64,000 bases of DNA, from IMG/VR virus record IMGVR_UViG_3300044675_006217; one strand, given 5' to 3'. The notes under the pieces are model-generated. The model saw only the letters and a list, made by a program, of their open reading frames with translations, was not told the origin of the DNA and did no database searches. Of this stretch, positions 60,889 to 64,000 are shown piece by piece (position 1 is the stretch's first letter; every line of letters starts with the position of its first letter). Source of the DNA: an uncultured virus (IMG/VR IMGVR_UViG_3300044675_006217). Its lineage: Duplodnaviria > Heunggongvirae > Uroviricota > Caudoviricetes. Position numbers and translations under genes: made by a program.

Positions 60889-60947
60889 ATTATTTTTTTT
60901 TTGTATTTGTAAAGTATTTATAGTAAAATAAGTAAAAAAAAATAATT

Positions 60948-61787
60948 ATGAAAAGAATAGTAAGACTAACGGAATCAGATTTAACAAGACTTGTTAGAAG
61001 AATTGTTAATGAAAATACAAATATGCAAGCTGAAGTTGCTATAGAAAATTGTGACGAAAACGATGATATGGCAATGGAAAGATGTGTAGATAATTTATTT
61101 GCAGATATGACAGAAGAAGATGCTGAAAACTACATTATAGAATTATCAAAAAGAAAACCAAAATGGTTAAAAAAATTAGCTCAATGGTTTAGAAGAACAG
61201 GAAGAAAAATTAAAAGAGAAGTTAGAAGTATTAAAAGGGATTTTAAAAGAAAGGAACCGAAAGAAAAAATCTTTAATGTAGGTGCGTCTCTTACTTTCGC
61301 AACATTAGCCACATTGTTTATGAAACATGTGTGGTTACCAATGGTTGGTGGAGATAATTCAAGAATGAATGAATCACATATTAGACGTAGATTTATTAAT
61401 GAGCAAGGTCAAGGTCCAATTGGTGGGTTTGGAGGTCCGTTGACAGGAACATTGGTTGCGAGAAATCCAGATGCTGAAGTTAGATTTGGACAAGATATTG
61501 AATTTACATTTAGAGGTATTAAAAATTCTGGAAGTGCACCAATTACTATAAAAAGGATTCTTCCTATGAATAGCGGTATGAGAATTGATAAACAAGTTCC
61601 TTTTACCGTAAACCCTGGTGAAACTTTTGTGCTTAGAGCAAAACAAAAATTAGTAAGGGGCGGTACTTCATTAGAAAAAGTGAACGAAGAAGGTTTAGTC
61701 GAATTTGAAGGGATAATTAGGGTAGAGACTGACGGAAAAAAACAAAACTACCAATTATATTGTCGTCAAAATTTGTCTTTTAGATAA
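60948..61787 (+). CDS. LTESDL-leader protein with a hydrophobic helix and a DUF1573-like Ig domain
   Basis: MKRIVRLTESDLTRLVRRIVNE leader; C-terminal FTFRGIKNSGSAPITI...VNPGETFVL. Confidence 0.55.
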   Translation: MKRIVRLTESDLTRLVRRIVNENTNMQAEVAIENCDENDDMAMERCVDNLFADMTEEDAENYIIELSKRKPKWLKKLAQWFRRTGRKIKREVRSIKRDFKRKEPKEKIFNVGASLTFATLATLFMKHVWLPMVGGDNSRMNESHIRRRFINEQGQGPIGGFGGPLTGTLVARNPDAEVRFGQDIEFTFRGIKNSGSAPITIKRILPMNSGMRIDKQVPFTVNPGETFVLRAKQKLVRGGTSLEKVNEEGLVEFEGIIRVETDGKKQNYQLYCRQNLSFR

Positions 61788-61804
61788 AAAAATATTTAAA
61801 TATT

Positions 61805-61832
61805 AAAACCCACCCACAAAGGTGGGTTTTTT
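61805..61832 (+). terminator. Intrinsic terminator
   Basis: AAAACCCACC-cacaaa-GGTGGGTTTT followed by TT. Confidence 0.8.
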
Positions 61833-61837
61833 GTTAA

Positions 61838-61867
61838 TTGACAATCCACATATTATTCTTATCTTTT
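61838..61867 (+). promoter_or_regulatory. Host-RNAP-type promoter for primase
   Basis: TTG(ACA)-N19-TATCTTTT directly after the terminator; GTG start follows 4 nt later. Confidence 0.55.
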
Positions 61868-61871
61868 ATAT

Positions 61872-62789
61872 GTGGAATCGGAAGAGTTAATCATAGACCT
61901 TATTGGTAATATTTTTGGGGAACCAAAATCAGTAAATGAACTAAGAGGTCAAATATCGGTTGATTGCCCTGTGTGTTCATATACAATTAAAGGTCTTGAC
62001 AAGTTAGATGGAAAGGGAAACCTTGAGATTAATTACCAACAACATGTTTACAAGTGTTGGGGGTGTGCTGAGACGCATGGTACTCACGGACACTTAGGAA
62101 AACTTATAGATAAGTTTGGTTCAAAAAAAGATAAAAAAATATATAAATTAATTAGACCCGATGAGTTTGAAAAAAAAGAAAAGGTTTACAAAAAACTTGA
62201 ATTACCAAAAGAATATAAAAAGTTTGACGAGATACACCCACTTCATATTCCAAGAAAAGAGGCTTTTAATTATTTGAAAAAAAGAGGAATCACTGATGAG
62301 ATTATAGAAAAGTATCAAATTGGTCTATGTTTAGAGGGTGAATATTCCGGTAGAATCATTGTTCCATCTTTTGATAAAAAAGGAGAATTAAACTTTTTCG
62401 TATCAAGGTCGTGGAACCCACGAAGTAAATTAAAATACAAAAACCCTGAAGCATCAAAAGACTTTTTAATTTTTAATGAGAGTTTAATTGATTGGAAAAA
62501 AGATATATACCTTGTTGAAGGAGTCTTTGATAGTTTCTTTTTGGACAATTCAATTTGTCTATTAGGGAAGTTTTTAACAGACAACCTTTGGGAAAAACTA
62601 TACTCAAAGGCGAAAAAAAATATTATAGTTTGCTTGGATGGCGACGCATATACCGACGCTAAAAACCTATATGACAAACTAAACGGAGGAGCTTTATATA
62701 ACAGAGTTAAGTTAGTGAAGTTGCCAAAAGATAAAGATGTGTGTGACCTTAAAGGTGACATCGAAAAATATTATGTAGAATTTAAATGA
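61872..62789 (+). CDS. DNA primase (DnaG-like)
   Basis: Zn finger CPVC...CWGC, YLKKRGI, RIIVP, KYKNP, TOPRIM LVEGVFD and LDGDA. Confidence 0.9.
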   Translation: MESEELIIDLIGNIFGEPKSVNELRGQISVDCPVCSYTIKGLDKLDGKGNLEINYQQHVYKCWGCAETHGTHGHLGKLIDKFGSKKDKKIYKLIRPDEFEKKEKVYKKLELPKEYKKFDEIHPLHIPRKEAFNYLKKRGITDEIIEKYQIGLCLEGEYSGRIIVPSFDKKGELNFFVSRSWNPRSKLKYKNPEASKDFLIFNESLIDWKKDIYLVEGVFDSFFLDNSICLLGKFLTDNLWEKLYSKAKKNIIVCLDGDAYTDAKNLYDKLNGGALYNRVKLVKLPKDKDVCDLKGDIEKYYVEFK

Positions 62790-63646
62790 TAGATTTAAAA
62801 GAAGTAGCAAAAGAAATACGAGAGATTATTTCTGAAAAACAAAAAGAGTTTCAATTAACTTTTGAAGAAGATAAACACAAGTACACAATGTTAGATGTGA
62901 ATGGTGTTGTTAGAGATGATTTCCCATCTGTATCAAAAGTGATGAAGTTATTTTATGATGAATTTCCGGCTGAGGATGTTGCAAGAAAATTGGCGAAAGG
63001 TAGTCCATATGCGATGCACACTTATTTAGAAGAGTGGAAACAATCCGGAATCATTTCAACAAATATGGGTAGTAGGGTTCACTATGAACTTGAATTAGAA
63101 ACAATTAACAAATTCAAAATAGATAAAGAAGTTCGACAACCATTATTTGAATGTGATTTAGAACTTACTATGAAAGGCGATAGAATGATAAAGGCTGGTA
63201 AAAAGTTTTTGTCACTCATGGAAGAACGAGGAGCTGTCTTACTTGATACGGAGATTGTTTTAGGTCATCCTGAATTAGGATATACTGGTCAGCCCGATAA
63301 AGTTTGGTTAATGTTAAATAAACAAAAAACCGGATTCGGTATTGTAATTACGGATTGGAAAACCAACAAGGAAAAAAACATGGAAGTAAATGACTACACA
63401 AAACCCATGAAAAAACCTTTTGAAAAACTCCCAAACAACGCTCTTGGTCACTACAACACACAATTACCTTTTTATGGTAAGTTATTATTAAAGATGTTAG
63501 AAGGGACTAAATATGAAAATATTCCACTAATGGGTGGTGTAATTGTTCATTTAACAGAAAACGTTGAGTTCAAAGAATACCGAATACCAAGAGATGTCGT
63601 CGACACTATTTTGAAAATGGATATGTCTGAATATTTGACTAAATAA
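62786..63646 (+). CDS. PD-(D/E)XK exonuclease-like protein
   Basis: PSVS, GSRVH..LE, E, GQPD, ITDWKT, Y..QL..Y motifs. Confidence 0.8.
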   Translation: MIDLKEVAKEIREIISEKQKEFQLTFEEDKHKYTMLDVNGVVRDDFPSVSKVMKLFYDEFPAEDVARKLAKGSPYAMHTYLEEWKQSGIISTNMGSRVHYELELETINKFKIDKEVRQPLFECDLELTMKGDRMIKAGKKFLSLMEERGAVLLDTEIVLGHPELGYTGQPDKVWLMLNKQKTGFGIVITDWKTNKEKNMEVNDYTKPMKKPFEKLPNNALGHYNTQLPFYGKLLLKMLEGTKYENIPLMGGVIVHLTENVEFKEYRIPRDVVDTILKMDMSEYLTK

Positions 63647-63665
63647 AACTAATAAATTATATTTC
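63634..63665 (+). promoter_or_regulatory. Host-RNAP-type promoter
   Basis: TTTG(ACT)-N20-TATATTTC. Confidence 0.5.
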
Positions 63666-63668
63666 ACT

Positions 63669-63758
63669 ATGGAAACTACAATTACACCTGTTTGGTACAT
63701 AAATACCAGTTGGGACAATTCAACAATTAAAATAAACATAAATTATATAATAAAATGA
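63669..63758 (+). CDS. 29-aa small ORF (not in the ORF track)
   Basis: METTITPVWYINTSWDNSTIKININYIIK*; ATGA overlap with the next gene. Confidence 0.4.
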   Translation: METTITPVWYINTSWDNSTIKININYIIK

Positions 63759-63973
63759 GCGACGATATTATTAGACCAAAAATTGATTTAAGACAACAAG
63801 AAACTATTAAATGTGAAAAATGTGAATCAATTTATTTTAAAGAAGTGACTATGTTAAAAAAAGTTCCTAAACTTTTGACAGGTAGTCATGAAGACACGAT
63901 TGTTCCATTTCCTACTTACATGTGTAGTGATTGTGGTAATGTGAATAAAGATTTACAACTATTCGACAAGTAA
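63755..63973 (+). CDS. Small zinc-ribbon protein
   Basis: CEKC...CSDC. Confidence 0.7.
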   Translation: MSDDIIRPKIDLRQQETIKCEKCESIYFKEVTMLKKVPKLLTGSHEDTIVPFPTYMCSDCGNVNKDLQLFDK

Positions 63974-64000
63974 TGGAAGTAAGTAAAATGACAATTACGG
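63973..64000 (+). CDS. 5' start of a gene running off the right edge
   Basis: TAATG overlap; MEVSKMTIT... Confidence 0.45.

Noticed and set aside
62786..63646. Cas4 of a CRISPR system
   Set aside because: No four-Cys Fe-S cluster motif, no array and no other cas genes; the context is replication.
1..64000. Stop-codon reassignment as in some large Bacteroidota phages
   Set aside because: Genes up to 6.5 kb are open in the standard code and tile densely; TAG and TGA occur at plausible gene ends, for example 26078-26080 and 62787-62789.
1..64000. Extracellular contractile injection system or eukaryotic giant virus
   Set aside because: Sheath, tube and baseplate genes are interleaved with phage-type SSB, UvsX-like recombinase, helicase and primase, with bacterial-style terminators and overlapping genes.
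1..64000. tRNA or other structured RNA genes
   Set aside because: Intergenic gaps are short and AT-rich, and I saw only simple hairpins; a covariance-model scan was not run.

Overview
This is a 64 kb, AT-rich, almost entirely + strand segment of a large T4-like contractile-tailed (jumbo-type) phage genome, read in the standard genetic code. The host is probably a Bacteroidota bacterium. That is an inference from SD-less A-rich leaders, TTG-N19/20-TAnnTTT promoters, SprB- and DUF1573-like domains, and an nrdB-nrdA eukaryote-like RNR. Gene order: neck/tail completion, sheath, tube, tail chaperone (likely frameshifted), tape measure, giant baseplate hub proteins; then a replication block (SSB, RecA, 5'-3' exonuclease, helicase, RNR); then baseplate wedge and a long Ser/Thr/Cys-rich tail-appendage region; then RuvC-like resolvase, primase and PD-(D/E)XK nuclease. 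The strongest candidate for a new system is a phage-encoded mucin-type virion glycosylation module. A GT60-like GlcNAc transferase and a coupled second GT-A enzyme sit between a Pro-free G-T-S/N collagen fibre and a Pro-Thr mucin-like Cys-rich protein, and a [ST]-[GA]-x-T motif recurs throughout the exposed structural proteins. Other signals are a UUU-CGN-type +1 frameshift in the tail chaperone, an OmpA-like domain inserted in a split tube-initiator fold, a TATTTAT late-promoter-like motif, and N-terminal leaders ending in (I/L/V)NE. All family calls come from motif recognition, not database searches.
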